Part shown: positions 1 to 12,582 of the stretch, one piece after another
Numbering within the stretch: position 1 is the stretch's first letter
Layout: the number at the start of each line of letters is the position of its first letter
Notes under the pieces: model-generated
Seen by the model: the letters and a program-made list of their open reading frames with translations, nothing else
Told to the model about the DNA's origin: nothing
Database searches by the model: none
Assembly (NCBI GenBank): GCA_963727485.1
Contig: CAVSGM010000011.1
Location: 672,001-736,000 of the forward strand
Direction of reading: 5' to 3'
DNA: 64,000 nucleotides
Source of the DNA: an uncultured delta proteobacterium
GTDB taxonomy: Bacteria; Myxococcota; Myxococcia; SLRQ01
Position numbers and translations under genes: made by a program

Positions 1-113
1 CGACCCGGCGCCTTGACCGTGTTCTGAGCCGCGTGGTAGCTATGGGCGTTCATCCGCCTATGCGCTGATATTTCCCTTTTCTTTTCCAGGTGTTACGCCG
101 TCTGGAGGTCCCC

Positions 114-1995
114 GTGCGGAAGCCCTCTCGCAGCCTGCAGCTCGTCACCCTCGTCGCCGCCCTCGGCCTCCTCACGGCCACCGGCTGCGTCCGCGGGAAG
201 TCCAAGGCCGCGAAGTCCGAGGCCGACAGCGCCTCGGAGTCGGCCAAGAGCCCGAGCGAGGCAAGGGTCCGAAGGGCGCGACGGCGGACTGGATCAAGCG
301 GGCAAGCTGCCGAAGGCGGAGATGGCGGGCACGCCCAAGGACGGCGGCCAGGTGACGGTGCAGCTCTACTCGAGCCCGCCGTCGCTGAACACCAACATCG
401 ACTCGGACCTCTGGGCCATCTGGATCGTCGACGACAACGTCTACGAGTACCTCGCCCGGCCCGATCCCTACGACGACCCGGACTACCGGTTCAAGCCGGC
501 GCTGGCCACCAGCTGGGACATCAGCAAGGACGGGCTGACCTACACCTTCCACCTGCGCCACGGGGTGAAGTGGCAGGACGGCCAGCCGTTCACCGCCGAC
601 GACGTCATCGCCACCTTCGACAAGATCATGGACCCGACGGCCAAGAGCGATGGCCATCCGGTCCTACCTCTCGGACCTGAAGAGCTACAAGAAGCTCGAC
701 GCCTACACCGTCCAGTTCGTGTGGAAGCGCAAGTACTTCATGGCCATGGACGCCCTGCAGGTGGCCATCCAGCCGGCCCACATCATCGCCAAGCTCACCG
801 GGCCCAGTACAACGAGGCGGCCAAGGACACCCTCAACCGCCACCCCATGGGCACCGGGCCCTTCAAGTTCGTCAAGCTGGGACACCAACGAGAAGATCGT
901 CCTCGAGCGCAACCCCAACTACTGGGGCAAGCAGGCCCACCTGCGACGCCTCGTGTTCCGCATCGTCAAGGACTCCACGGTGGCTAAGCAGCTGGCGGGC
1001 AAGGGCGAGCTCGATATGGTCGACCCGGGTCCAGCCCCAGCAGTGGGTGCACATGAACGACCCGGCGCTGGTGAACGACTTCTACCGGTCGAAGTTCTCC
1101 GCCGGGCTACGCCTGGATCGGGTGGAACGAGCACACGCGCCTTCTTCAAGGACGCCCGGGTGCGCCGGGCGATGACCATGCTCATCGACCGCAAGGGCAT
1201 CATCCAGGACATGATGTATGGCCTCCCCATGGAGACCAACTGCCACTTCTACTGGAAGAGCAAGGACTGCGATAACAGCCTCACGCCGCTGCCCTTCGAT
1301 CCCCAGAAGGCGGTGAAGCTCCTCAAGGAGGCCGGCTGGACCGACCACGACGGCGACGGGATCATCGACAAGGACGGGGTGCAGTTCTCCTTCACCTTCA
1401 TGATCCCCGCCAGCTCGGTGACCGCCAGCACATCGCCACCAAGATGAAGGAGGACTTCAAGCCGCGCCGGGATCGACCTGCGGGTCCAGCAGGTGGAGTG
1501 GTCGTCGTTCACCAAGCGGCTGCCCGAGCACGACTTCGACGCCTGCACCCTCCTGTGGGGTGGCGGGCCTCGCGGCGACCCCACCCAGATCTGGGCCACC
1601 GCCTCCGCCGAAGGGCGGCTCCAACTACATCTTCTTCTCCAGCAAGAAGGCCGACGCCCTGATGAAGGAGGCGCGCGGCGTCCTCGACCCGGCGAAGCGC
1701 CACGCGCTCTACCGGGAGTTCGGCAAGATCCTCTACGAGCAGCAGCCCTACACCTTCCTCTTCGTGAGCCCGAAGCTGGAGCTGGTGAAGCAAGCGCGTG
1801 CGCAACGCCAGGGAGACCCTCTTCGGCTGGCAGTGGCGGGACTTGTGGGTCGACCGACGCGCCCCGGAGAAGCCCGCCGCCCAGGCTGCGGCCAAGGCCG
1901 ACCCTACGCCCGCCGCCAAGCCGCCGCCAGCAAACTCCAACCCGCGCAACTGGGGTCCCCCATGTGGCGCTTCATCGTCCGGCGGCTGCTGCTGA
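114..1995 (+). CDS. Peptide ABC transporter substrate-binding lipoprotein (OppA/DppA family), split by several frameshifts; true 3' end uncertain (~1953-1995)
   Basis: GGAGG RBS then GTG at 114; lipobox LTATGC; family 5 SBP motifs (LATSWDISKDGLTYTFHLRHGVKWQDG, GTGPFKF, RNPNYWG, DARVRRAM) spread over ORFs 322..987, 650..1447, 1493.., 1560.., 1798.. Confidence 0.85.
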
Positions 1996-2961
1996 TGATC
2001 CCGACGTTCTTCGGGATCACGCTCATCTGCTTCATGGTCCTGCGGATGGCCAACAGCCAACCCCATGACCGCGGACCTGCAGATGGGCTGCAGCGGCGGG
2101 CGCGATCTCCCAGGAGGCCATCCGCAGCTCCGAAGCATCTACAAGCTCGATCAAGCCTTGGTACAAGCAGTACTGCAACCTGGTGAAGCGGCTGGTGACC
2201 TTCAACCTGGGCACCACCTGGCAGGACGGCCGGCCCATCACAGGAGGTCATCGGCGAGGCGCTGCCATCACGCTGGCTGCTCTCGGGCTCTCGCTGTTCA
2301 TCGCCTACCTCATCGCCATACCGCTGGGGATCTTCTCGGCGGTGAAACAGTACAGCCTGCTGGACCAGGTGAGCACGGTGGTGCTCTTCGCCCTCTACTC
2401 CCTGCCCAACTTCTGGATCGGCACCCTGCTGCTGATCTTCTTCGCCGGCGGCCACTTCCTCAACTGGTTCCCCTTGCAGGGCTTCCACGCCTTCCAGGGC
2501 TTCGACCAGATGAGCGTCATCCAGAAGATCGTCGACGTCGGCTGGCACATCATCCTGCCGCTCGCGACCCTGAGCTACGCGTCCTTCGCCGCGCTCTCCC
2601 GCTACATGCGCAGCGGGATGCTGGAGACCATCCGCCAGGACTTCATCCGCACCGCCCGGGCCAAGGGCCTCCCGGAGAAGAAGGTCATCTTCAAGCACGC
2701 CCTGCGCAACAGCGTCATCCCCATCCTCACCATCCTGGGGATGCAGGTGCCCTTCCTCATCGGCGGCTCGGTCATCGTGGAGACCATCTTCGGCATCCAG
2801 GGGATGGGGAACTGGCCCTCAAGGCCATCCGGCTGCCCGACTACCCGCTGGTGATCACCATCGTGGCCTTCACCGCGGTGCTGACCATGCTCGGCATCCT
2901 GCTCTCGGACATCCTCTACGCCATCGTCGATCCCCGCATCAGCTACGGGAAGGAGGCCTGA
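1962..2961 (+). CDS. oppB: Peptide ABC transporter permease (OppB/DppB), frameshifted
   Basis: Starts MWRFIVRRLLLMIPTFFGIT; EAA-loop DFIRTARAKGL; ends ILYAIVDPRI; pieces in three frames. Confidence 0.88.
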
Positions 2962-2962
2962 C

Positions 2963-4042
2963 GTGGCGCTCCCCGAGCAGAAGCCGCCCGTGGCGGCGAG
3001 ACCCCGACGCCGGGACCGGCGCGCCGAAGCCGGCCCACGCAGCGCCGGGGTACTGGCGTAGCGTGCGCCGCATCTTCTGGCGCCGCCGCCTCAACCGCGT
3101 GGCGACCTACGTGACCCTGGGCATCTTCCGGTGGGCCTCACCGGCAACTTCATCGCCTCGGACCTGCCCGATCCTCCTCCACTTCCAGGGCACGACCTAC
3201 GTCGCCCCCTGCCTCTTCCACCCGCCGCCCTGCAGCATGTACGACAACCAGCTCCTCGCCGAGGAGATGGGCGACCAGGACTGGGCCGTCTTTCCCGCCG
3301 GTGCCCTACGGCTACAACACCCACGACCTCTCGCAGATCCTCCGCCGCCCTCCCGCGAAGCACTGGCTGGGCACGGACCCGTCGGGTCGCGACGTCATGT
3401 CCCGGTGCGTCCACGGGACCCGGGTGAGCCTGGCGGTCGGGGTGGTGGCGGTGGCCATCCTGGTGCTCATCGGCGTCCTCCTCGGCGGCCTCGCCGGGTA
3501 CTACGGACGGCTCGCTCGACGGGGTCTGATCATGCGCATCGTCGAGGTGTTGCAGTCCATCCCCTCGCTCCTGCTCATCGTGGTGATGATCGCGGTCTCT
3601 CACCCCGACGGCTGGTGGGCGGTGGTGGCGATGATGGTCGTCATCGGTCGTGGTGGGGTGGACCGGCGTGGCCCGGCTCATCCGCGGCGAGATCCTCACG
3701 GTGAAGACCAGCGAGTACATCCAGGCGGTGCGCGCCCTGGGGGGCTCCGACGCCCGGATCATCCTCCGGCACATCATCCCCAACTCCATCAGCCCGGTGC
3801 TGGTCAGCGCCACCTTCTCCCTGGCCTCGGCGATCCTCATCGAGGCCGCCCTCTCGTTCCTGGGCTTCGGCATCCCGCCGGACATGGCCTCCTGGGGCGG
3901 GATCCTCTCCCAGGCCCGGTCCAACACCGACGCCTGGTGGCTCGCGGTCTTCCCCGGCTTCGCCATCTTCATCACGGTGACGGTCTACAATCTGCTGGGC
4001 GAAGGCCTCCGCGACGCCATCGACCCCAAGCTCAAGACCTAG
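2963..4042 (+). CDS. oppC: Peptide ABC transporter permease (OppC/DppC), frameshifted
   Basis: HWLGTDPSGRDV, EYIQAVRALG, RHIIPN, NLLGEGLRDAIDPK across ORFs 3131.., 3301.., 3650..4042. Confidence 0.88.
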
Positions 4043-4050
4043 GAGCCCGA

Positions 4051-4827
4051 ATGCGCATCAAGCTGGGCGAGCTGCTGCTCAAGGCCAGGGTGATCTCCGA
4101 GCAGCAGCTGCAGACGGCCATCGGCGAGCAGGACAAGTGGGGCGGGAAGCTCGGCACCATCCTGGTGCGCATGGGCTACCTCTCCGAGGACCTGCTCACC
4201 AAGGCGCTGTCCAAGCAGCTCGGCATCCCCCGGGTCGACCTCGACAAGAGCCAGCCGGCGCCGCTGGCCCTGCGCAAGGTGAAGGCCCAGACCGCCGAGG
4301 ACTACGGCATCCTGCCCATCGAGCTCCAGGACGACGGCGCCACCCTGGTGGTGGCCATGTCCGATCCCCAGAACGTGCGCGCCCTCGACGACCTCAAGTC
4401 CGCCACCGGCTGCCGGCGCATCATCCCCTACCTCGCCGGCGAGAGCGACGTGCGCCGGCACATCGGCCGGGCCTACGCCTCCGCGGACCTCCGCGAGGAC
4501 GGCGGGGGCGACGAGTTCAAGGTGGTCGACGCCCAGGGCCGCACGGTGATGAAGGCCATCGGCGACATCATGGCCGAGGGGAAGCCGGCCGCCGCTCCGG
4601 CACCCCCGCCTCCCCCGATCGCCGCTCCGGCACCCCCGCCTCCGCCGGTGGCCGCGCGCCCGGCGCCGCCGCCCGTGGCCGACGACGACGATCCGGTGGC
4701 GCTGCTCAAGCGCCTCGAGCGGACCCAACGCAAGGAGGTCCAGGCCCTCAAGGCCATCGTCGATCTCCTCATCGAACGCGGGGTGTTCAGCCGCGACGAC
4801 TACCTGGCGAAGGTGGGCAGGCGCTAG
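4051..4827 (+). CDS. Stand-alone MshEN / GspE-N-terminal domain protein (no ATPase domain)
   Basis: GGAG RBS, ATG 4051; tandem KLGELLLKARVISEQQLQTAIGEQ and KLGTILVRMGYLSEDLLTKALSKQ; VAMSDP; Pro-rich linker. Confidence 0.85.
   Translation: MRIKLGELLLKARVISEQQLQTAIGEQDKWGGKLGTILVRMGYLSEDLLTKALSKQLGIPRVDLDKSQPAPLALRKVKAQTAEDYGILPIELQDDGATLVVAMSDPQNVRALDDLKSATGCRRIIPYLAGESDVRRHIGRAYASADLREDGGGDEFKVVDAQGRTVMKAIGDIMAEGKPAAAPAPPPPPIAAPAPPPPPVAARPAPPPVADDDDPVALLKRLERTQRKEVQALKAIVDLLIERGVFSRDDYLAKVGRR
4591..4643 (+). repeat. 23-bp direct repeat (period 30) encoding AAPAPPP linker
   Basis: gccgctccggcacccccgcctcc at 4591 and 4621. Confidence 0.8.
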
Positions 4828-5925
4828 ATGCGAAAGAAGCTCGGCGAGCTGCTCCTCGAGGCGGGCCTCCTGGACGAGTTCCAGCTCCAGGCGGCGCTGG
4901 GCCACCAGCGCCAGTGGGGCGGCCGCCTCGGCGAGATCGTGGTGAGCAAGAACTTCACCACCGCCGAGGGCGTCGCCGACTGCCTCGCCCGGCAGATGGC
5001 CCTGCCCCGGACCAACCTCGCCGAGGGTGACCTCGATCCCCGGGCCGCCCAGCTGGTGCCGGTGGAGATGGCCGAGCGCCACGGGCTGGTGCCCGTGGGC
5101 CTCGAGGGGGGCGCCGGCGATCGGGCGTCGGTGCTGGTGATCGCCACCGCCGACCCCACCGATCTCACGGGCCTCGACGAGGTGCAGTTCCGCACCGGCA
5201 AGCGGGTGCGCGCCACCGTGGCCACCGACGCCGCGGTCCGCGCGGCCATCCGTCACGTCTACCATGGCGCGGATCTCCCGCAGCCGACGGACCCCAAGGC
5301 CACCATGGCGGCCTCGGGCCTCCAGCTCGAGCGGGGGACTTCCTTCGATCTCGGGGGGGGCGACGACGCCCCCGAGGCGCCTCCCGGGCCGCCCGTCGAC
5401 CTGCGGGCGGGCGCCTCCGACGACCCCCTCGGCGCCGAGGACTGGGACTTCGACGCCGGGGTCTCGGCCATCGGGCCCCTCACCGGCGCCGCCGCCGCGC
5501 CCCCGGTGGCCGATGACGGGGGCGAGGCCCTCCCGGAGATCGACGCCGAGGTCCTCGAGGAGGTCGACGCGGTCCCGGTGGACGACGACGGCCTCGACGC
5601 CCCGGCGGCCGGCGACGACGGGGACCTCGACGCCGACCTCGACGCCCTCGGGTTCGGGGGCGACGCGCCGGCCGCCCCGGCCCCGCCCCCGGCCGCCCCG
5701 GCCCCGGCCTCCCCGCCCCCGCCCCCGGCGCGACCCCCGGTGGACGACGCCCACGCCCGGGCCATCCTCGACGCCATCGATGCCCTCGCCGACGGCGAGC
5801 CGGCGCCCGAGGCGATGCAGCGCTACGTGAACCCCACCCAGATGGTCGCCGCCCTCATCCGCCTGCTGATCCGCCAGGGGGTCATCGACGAGACGGCCTT
5901 CGTGGACGAGCTGAACCGGAAGTGA
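4828..5925 (+). CDS. Second stand-alone MshEN / GspE-N-terminal domain protein with acidic/Pro-rich linker
   Basis: [25 protein letters not shown] and [17 protein letters not shown]; no Walker motifs. Confidence 0.85.
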   Translation: MRKKLGELLLEAGLLDEFQLQAALGHQRQWGGRLGEIVVSKNFTTAEGVADCLARQMALPRTNLAEGDLDPRAAQLVPVEMAERHGLVPVGLEGGAGDRASVLVIATADPTDLTGLDEVQFRTGKRVRATVATDAAVRAAIRHVYHGADLPQPTDPKATMAASGLQLERGTSFDLGGGDDAPEAPPGPPVDLRAGASDDPLGAEDWDFDAGVSAIGPLTGAAAAPPVADDGGEALPEIDAEVLEEVDAVPVDDDGLDAPAAGDDGDLDADLDALGFGGDAPAAPAPPPAAPAPASPPPPPARPPVDDAHARAILDAIDALADGEPAPEAMQRYVNPTQMVAALIRLLIRQGVIDETAFVDELNRK

Positions 5926-6992
5926 CCTCCATGGCAAACCTCCTCGAGATCCACGGCCTCAAGACCGCCTTCCACACCGACGACGGCACCGTCGTCGCCG
6001 TGGACGACGTGAGCTTCACCATTGGCGAGGGCAAGACGCTCGGGGTGGTCGGCGAGTCCGGCTGCGGCAAGAGCGTCACCGCCCTCTCGGTGCTCCAGCT
6101 GGTCCCCGACCCCCCGGGGAAGATCATCGCCGGCGAGATCCTCTACCGGAACGAGGATCTCCTGAAGAAGGACGCCGAGTCGATGCGGCGCATCCGGGGC
6201 AAGAAGATCTCCATGATCTTCCAGGAGCCCATGACCTCCCTGAACCCGGTGTTCACCGTGGGGGAGCAGATCGCCGAGGTGGTCCGCCTCCACGAGGGCG
6301 CCGACAAGCGGGAGGCCTGGGAGCGGGCGGTCGAGATGCTCAAGCTGGTGGGCATCCCCGCGGCGGCCCAGCGCGCCAAGGACTACCCCCACCAGCTCTC
6401 CGGGGGCATGCGCCAGCGGGTGATGATCGCCATCGCGCTGGCCTGCAACCCCGACCTGCTCATCGCCGACGAGCCCACCACCGCCCTCGACGTCACCATC
6501 CAGGCCCAGATCCTCGACCTCATCCGCCGGCTCCAGGAGGAGCGGGGGATGGCGGTGATGCTCATCACCCACGATCTCGGCGTGGTCGCCGAGACCTGCG
6601 ACGACGTGGTGGTGATGTACGCGGGCCGGGTGGTGGAGCAGGGCACCGCCGAGCAAATCTTCGACCACCCCTCCCACCCCTACACCGTGGGCCTCCTCCG
6701 CTCAATCCCCCACTTCGAGGCGGGCGAGGGCGCCACCCGGGAGCGCCTCGCGGCAATCCCCGGCACCGTCCCCTCGCTCCTCGAGCTCCCCGGCGGCTGC
6801 CGCTTCCGCACCCGCTGCGATCGGGCCACCGAGGCCTGCGCCGCCGCCGAGCCCGAGCTGGTGGCGATGTCCGGGCCGGGGCACCGCGCGGCCTGCGTGC
6901 ACCCCTACGGCCCCGCGGAAGTCGGCACGCCCCCGCCCGCCCCCGGGCACGCCGACCCCACCGACGCCGCCGCCACCGGCACCGGCAGCTGA
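5922..6992 (+). CDS. oppD: Peptide ABC transporter ATP-binding protein (OppD/DppD); alternative ATG at 5931
   Basis: [25 protein letters not shown]-terminal GCRFRTRC. Confidence 0.93.
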   Translation: MTSMANLLEIHGLKTAFHTDDGTVVAVDDVSFTIGEGKTLGVVGESGCGKSVTALSVLQLVPDPPGKIIAGEILYRNEDLLKKDAESMRRIRGKKISMIFQEPMTSLNPVFTVGEQIAEVVRLHEGADKREAWERAVEMLKLVGIPAAAQRAKDYPHQLSGGMRQRVMIAIALACNPDLLIADEPTTALDVTIQAQILDLIRRLQEERGMAVMLITHDLGVVAETCDDVVVMYAGRVVEQGTAEQIFDHPSHPYTVGLLRSIPHFEAGEGATRERLAAIPGTVPSLLELPGGCRFRTRCDRATEACAAAEPELVAMSGPGHRAACVHPYGPAEVGTPPPAPGHADPTDAAATGTGS

Positions 6993-7012
6993 CCCCCAGG
7001 AGCCGCTCCGAG

Positions 7013-8062
<1,050 letters not shown>

Positions 8063-8070
8063 GGCGCGCG

Positions 8071-8511
8071 GTGGACTGGCGGTTCCTCCTCGCCCACCAC
8101 CCGCCGTCCCAGTACGACCGGTGCGTCCGGGTGGGGCGGCTGCACCTGTGCACCCGGTGCCTGGGGATGTACCCGCCGCTAATCGCCGGGCTGGCGGTGC
8201 AGCTGGTCCTGACGGTCCACCACGCGGCGGCGCTGGTGGCGCGGCCCTGGGAGCGGTGGGTGCTGGTGGGGCTCATGGCCCCGGCGGCCTGGGACTGGAT
8301 CCAGGGCCGCCTCGAGCCCCACCGGGGCACCAACCGCTGGCGCTACGTCACCGGCGTGCTCCTGGGCCTCGGCCTCGCCCGGGCGGTCTACCTGAATGCC
8401 CGCACTCCCCTCCACGGGCCGGCCCTGGACGCGGTCGTGTTCCTGGTGATCGTGGTCCTCTTCGGGACCCTGATCCGCCCCCCGGTCGAGGACGACGGCC
8501 CCGGCCCCTGA
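8071..8511 (+). CDS. DUF2085-like small membrane protein
   Basis: LCTRCLGMY CxRC motif followed by hydrophobic helices; NRWRYVTGVLLG. Confidence 0.7.
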   Translation: MDWRFLLAHHPPSQYDRCVRVGRLHLCTRCLGMYPPLIAGLAVQLVLTVHHAAALVARPWERWVLVGLMAPAAWDWIQGRLEPHRGTNRWRYVTGVLLGLGLARAVYLNARTPLHGPALDAVVFLVIVVLFGTLIRPPVEDDGPGP

Positions 8512-8556
8512 CCTCGCCCGGGGACGGCGCCCGCGCCGGTGGGGTAGGATGCTCGG

Positions 8557-8582
8557 CAGATCCTTCGCCCTCCCTGGACGTA
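8557..8582 (+). promoter_or_regulatory. Candidate ECF-type autoregulatory promoter
   Basis: CAGATC-N16-CGTA ending 7 nt before the GTG start of the ECF sigma gene. Confidence 0.35.
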
Positions 8583-8589
8583 GAGGACC

Positions 8590-9241
8590 GTGCAGGTGCC
8601 CGTCGAAGCCACGGACGAAGAGCTCATGGGAGCCTACCTGGCCGGCGATGCCCGGGCCTTCGAGGCCCTGGTCCGCCGCCACCGGGGGCCTCTGTTCAAC
8701 TTCGCCCTGCGCTTCGTCGGGAGCCGGGAGAAGGCAGAGGATTCTGGTGCAGGAAACCTTTCTCAAGCTGGCGAAGCACGCGGACGGGTACCACCGCCGG
8801 GCGAAGCTCTCGACCTGGCTCTACACCATCGCCCGGAACCTGTGCATCGACGAGCTGCGCCGGGCGCGGCACCGCCGGGCGCTCTCCCTGGACGGCCCCG
8901 GGGCGATGGCCGCCGACGGGGCCGAGGGGGCGCCGCTCATCGATGGCGTGGCCTCCGAGGATCCCGATCCCGCCCGGGGCGCCGACGCCTCCCGGCTCCA
9001 GCCGGTGCTGGTCGCCGCCCTGGCGTCGCTCCCCGACGAGCAGCGGGAGGTCTTCGTCCTCCGGGAGTACGCCGGGGTGCCCTTCAAGGAGATATCGCGG
9101 ATCACCGGGACGCCCGTGCCGACGGTCAAGAGCCGGATGCGCTACGCCCTCGAGGGCCTCAAGCGCTTCCTCGCCCAGCGGGGGATCACCGCGGCCGACA
9201 CGGCGGGCGCGCCGGCGGTGCCGGGGACGGTGGGAGTCTGA
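8590..9241 (+). CDS. ECF sigma-70 factor, one frameshift near 8745
   Basis: DEELMGAYLAGDARAFEALVRRH; VQETF; STWLYTIARNLCID; region 4 TVKSRMRYA. Confidence 0.9.
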
Positions 9242-10642
9242 TGCAGGGACACGTGGAAGATCGCCTCCTCGACTACCTCTACGAGGAGCTCGACGACGGA
9301 GACCAGGGCGAGGTGCGCGCGCACCTCGCCGACTGCCCCCGGTGCCAGGCCGCCTACGAGGAGCTCGCAGGCACCCGGTCGCTCATGGCCGCGCTGCCCC
9401 AGGAGACCCCCGAGCGGGGGACCGAGTTCCTGGTGCAGTCGGCCGAGCGGGCGCTGCGCCTCCGGGAGGCGCGGCCCCTGGGGGCCCTGGCGCGCCTCGG
9501 CGCCTGGATCGCCCACCACCCGGTGTCCACCAGCCTCGCGGTGGCGGGGGTGGCGGTGGGGGTGGTCGTGGGGGTGGGCCAGTCCCGGGACTGGCGGATG
9601 GACGTGGAGGCGGCCCAGGCCCCGGCGGCGGCCGAGGTGCCGGCCGCCGCCGCGGCGTCCCGGCTCGCGGTGAAGGATTCGGGTGGACCCCGATGGCCAC
9701 CGGAGCCTCAAGGGCTTCCAGGACGTGCCGGCGGTCTCGGGGGAGGGCGGTGGGGGCGTGGCCCCGGGGACGCCGGCGCCGAAGGCGGCCCGGGCCGACA
9801 AGGCCGCCGAGGTCAACGCCGACCTCCTCGCCGAGGAGGGCCGGAACCTGAAGGCCCGGCATCCCCTCCGCGGGGAGGCGAGCGGCCGGTCCGGGCCCCC
9901 GCAGGCGACCCTCCAGGTGATCCCGAGGGGGCAGGGCGCGAGGGAGGCGAAGAAGAAGCAGGCCGTGGCCCAGGCCCCGCGGAAGCCGCGTGCCCGGCCG
10001 GCCAAGGCCACCGCCAAGGCGGTGCCCCGGACGAAGCCCCGGGTGGCACAGAAGGACGAGGCCCCGGCGGCCGATCAGGGCGTGGTCGGGGGGATCGTGG
10101 GCGGCAGCGTCTTGGGAACGGCGGCCCAGGGTCCGGCCGCCCCCGCTGCGCCGCCTCCGCCGGCCCCGTCGTCCGCCCCGGCCGCGAAGGCCGATTGGGC
10201 GGCGGTGGCGTCGGCCCGGCCCCCGCCTGCCACCGGAGGCGTCGCGGTCGCCGACGCCGAGCGGGCCCCGGCCCACCACCGCGCCCGGCACGCCGCCCGC
10301 CGGCAGGCCCGGGCGCCGGCCGCCGAGCACACCCGCGCCGCAAGCGCGCCCCAGCGGTACGCCGCCTCATCGGGCTCCGCCGGCCGGCCCGCCGACCTCG
10401 AGCGGGCGGTCCACCTCCTCGACGCCGGCGAGGCCAGGCGGGCCCTGCCCCTCCTCGACGCCCTCCTCGCGCGCCCCGAGGCCGGCTGGACGCCCCAGGC
10501 CTACTACGAGCGCTGCCGGGCCCGGATCGCCCTGGGACGGCGCGCCGACGCCGAGGCCGACTGCCGGCGCGTGGTGTCCGCCGGGGGCCCCTTCGCCGCC
10601 CGGGCGCGGCACCTGCTCCTGGTCCTCGAGTCCTCGCAGTGA
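9241..10642 (+). CDS. Zinc-binding (zf-HC2/ZAS) transmembrane anti-sigma factor with C-terminal TPR-like helices, frameshift near 9690
   Basis: TGATG coupling to sigma; HLADCPRC; one TM helix; Ala/Pro-rich linker; helical C-terminus in ORF 9683..10642. Confidence 0.8.
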
Positions 10643-10857
10643 CCCGCTGGCCGGGGCCCCTGACCTGCGTCAGGATCGAGGATGCATCGAGGAGGCGTCA
10701 CGGGGTATACTCCTGCGAACGCGCCTCCGTGGGGGGGTGGGTTCGGGATACTCGGGACCTCGAGGCCGTCGGCCCGGTCGCTTCGGATACTTTTTCTTGA
10801 GAGAGGGATCGCGTCCCGACCGGGCGCGAACCAGGACTCGATCAGAGGAGCCAGTCC

Positions 10858-11679
10858 ATGCTCAAAGGGAGACTGCCGCTGGTCATCGCGATCGTGCTCG
10901 GCCTGCTTGCCGGTGCCATCGCGTGGCAATCCATCGATCAGAAGCGCAAGGAGGTGCAGAAGGGGTGGAATCTGGTGCAGGTGATCGTCGCCGGCCATGA
11001 CATCCCCGCGGGCACCACCCTCGACCTCGACATGATCGCCCAGCGTGACATCCCCTCGCAGTTCGTCACCAACTCCATCGTTCGCCCCGAGTCGGCGAAC
11101 CTGGTGGTGGGCCAGAAGGTCCTGGTGCGGCTGCAGGCCGGCGACCCGATCATGTGGGCCGACTTCCAGAGCACGCGCGGCTTCGAGAAGCTCTCGACCA
11201 TCGTCCACAAGAAGGGTCGCGCGCTGACCATCAACGTCTCCGGCAACAACGCCGTGGGCGGCTGGGTCCGGCCCAACGACAAGATCGACATCCTGGGGAC
11301 CTTCCGGGATCCCAAGACCAAGGCCATGGAGACGGTCACCCTCCTCCAGGACATGATCGTCCTGGCCACGGGCAAGATCACCGGCTCCACCAACCTCCAG
11401 CTCCTCCCCGAGTCGGACCGCACCTACAGCAACGTCACGGTGCTCTGCCTCCCCGAGGAGGCCGAGATCCTCACCCTCGCCGAGAACATGGGCAAGCTGA
11501 CCCTGACCCTGCGAAACCCCGAGGACCTCGAGACCATGGAGGAGCGTGGCCGCGCCACCATCGACACCCTCCTCACCGGAGAGCGGATCAAGGCCCTCCA
11601 GAAGACGCGCCTGGCCACCATCCAGGTCATCCGCGCGGGTCACAAGGAGACCTCCCGCGGGGCAGGGCACGGAGGCTAG
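10858..11679 (+). CDS. cpaB: Flp/Tad pilus assembly protein CpaB/RcpC (SAF domain)
   Basis: N-terminal TM, SAF region VAGHDIPAGT, GRALTINV...AVGGWVRPNDKIDI, LTLTLRNPED. Confidence 0.9.
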   Translation: MLKGRLPLVIAIVLGLLAGAIAWQSIDQKRKEVQKGWNLVQVIVAGHDIPAGTTLDLDMIAQRDIPSQFVTNSIVRPESANLVVGQKVLVRLQAGDPIMWADFQSTRGFEKLSTIVHKKGRALTINVSGNNAVGGWVRPNDKIDILGTFRDPKTKAMETVTLLQDMIVLATGKITGSTNLQLLPESDRTYSNVTVLCLPEEAEILTLAENMGKLTLTLRNPEDLETMEERGRATIDTLLTGERIKALQKTRLATIQVIRAGHKETSRGAGHGG

Positions 11680-11685
11680 CGCTTC

Positions 11686-12531
11686 ATGGTCGCCCTCGTA
11701 TTCCTGCTCGTCGCAGGCTCCGTGTTCTTCTTCACCCTGGTGGTGGCCTCCGTCCTCCACCGGGCGTACGAGAAGTACCAGGAGCGCTACGTCACCCAGG
11801 ACATGCAGAGCTTCACCGAGGTTCTGCTCTTCGTCGACGCCCGCAGCCTCTTCATCCTCTCCTTCTGCTTCGCGGCGCTCCTGCTGATCAGCGCCGTGGT
11901 CGCGGGGATGGGGTGGATGTTCTGCCTGTTCACCACGGTGGGTGCCTTCATCACGCCCATCCTCCTGGTCCGGCACTACCGGGCCAAGCGGATGAAGACC
12001 TTCAACACCCAGCTGGTCGACGCCCTCCAGGCCCTGGCCAACGCCTTCAAGGCCGGCCTCACCTTCCCCCAGGCCATGGAGCACGTCTCCCGCGAGGCCG
12101 CCAACCCCCTCGGCCAGGAGTTCGCCCTCTTCGTCAAGGAGATGAAGCTCGGCGTGCCCCTCGAGGAGGCCCTGAAGAACATGGGCCTGCGGGTCGGGTC
12201 CGACGACCTCGACCTGGTGGTCACCTCCACCAACATCGCCCGGCAGCTCGGCGGCAACATGGCCGAGATGTTCGAGACCATCAGCGCCACCATCCGCGAG
12301 CGCTTCCGCCTCGAGGGCAAGATCGACGCCCTCACCAGCCAGGGGAAGCTCCAGGGTTGGATCGTCGCCGCGATGCCGGCCCTGCTCGGGGTGGTGCTCA
12401 ACTACATGCGCCCCGACCTGATGCAGCCGATGCTCAACAGCGCCTTCGGCGTGGTCCTGGTGGTGGTCATCATGATCTCCGAGGCCCTGGGCATCTTCAT
12501 CATCCGCAAGATCGTCAACATCAACGTCTAG
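11686..12531 (+). CDS. tadB: Tad inner-membrane platform protein TadB (T2SSF family)
   Basis: QLVDALQALANAFKAG, GGNMAEMF, IRERFRLEGKIDALTSQG. Confidence 0.9.
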   Translation: MVALVFLLVAGSVFFFTLVVASVLHRAYEKYQERYVTQDMQSFTEVLLFVDARSLFILSFCFAALLLISAVVAGMGWMFCLFTTVGAFITPILLVRHYRAKRMKTFNTQLVDALQALANAFKAGLTFPQAMEHVSREAANPLGQEFALFVKEMKLGVPLEEALKNMGLRVGSDDLDLVVTSTNIARQLGGNMAEMFETISATIRERFRLEGKIDALTSQGKLQGWIVAAMPALLGVVLNYMRPDLMQPMLNSAFGVVLVVVIMISEALGIFIIRKIVNINV

Positions 12532-12582
12532 GCCCCGGGGGCCTCGGAGACGTCTCCCCGGTCCGACGACGGGAGGTAATCG

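Noticed and set aside
3301..4827. Apparent OppC-MshEN fusion
   Set aside because: Artefact of a frameshift near 3650; OppC ends at 4042 and the MshEN gene has its own RBS and ATG at 4051.
8590..10800. Apparent ECF sigma / anti-sigma fusion
   Set aside because: Produced by frameshifts; the TGATG junction at 9239-9243 shows two coupled genes.
10643..10857. Possible c-di-GMP riboswitch upstream of cpaB
   Set aside because: No GEMM-type GGCAAA/GCAAA(A)C signature seen; only a TATACT -10-like box and a weak ttcgg(g)atac repeat.
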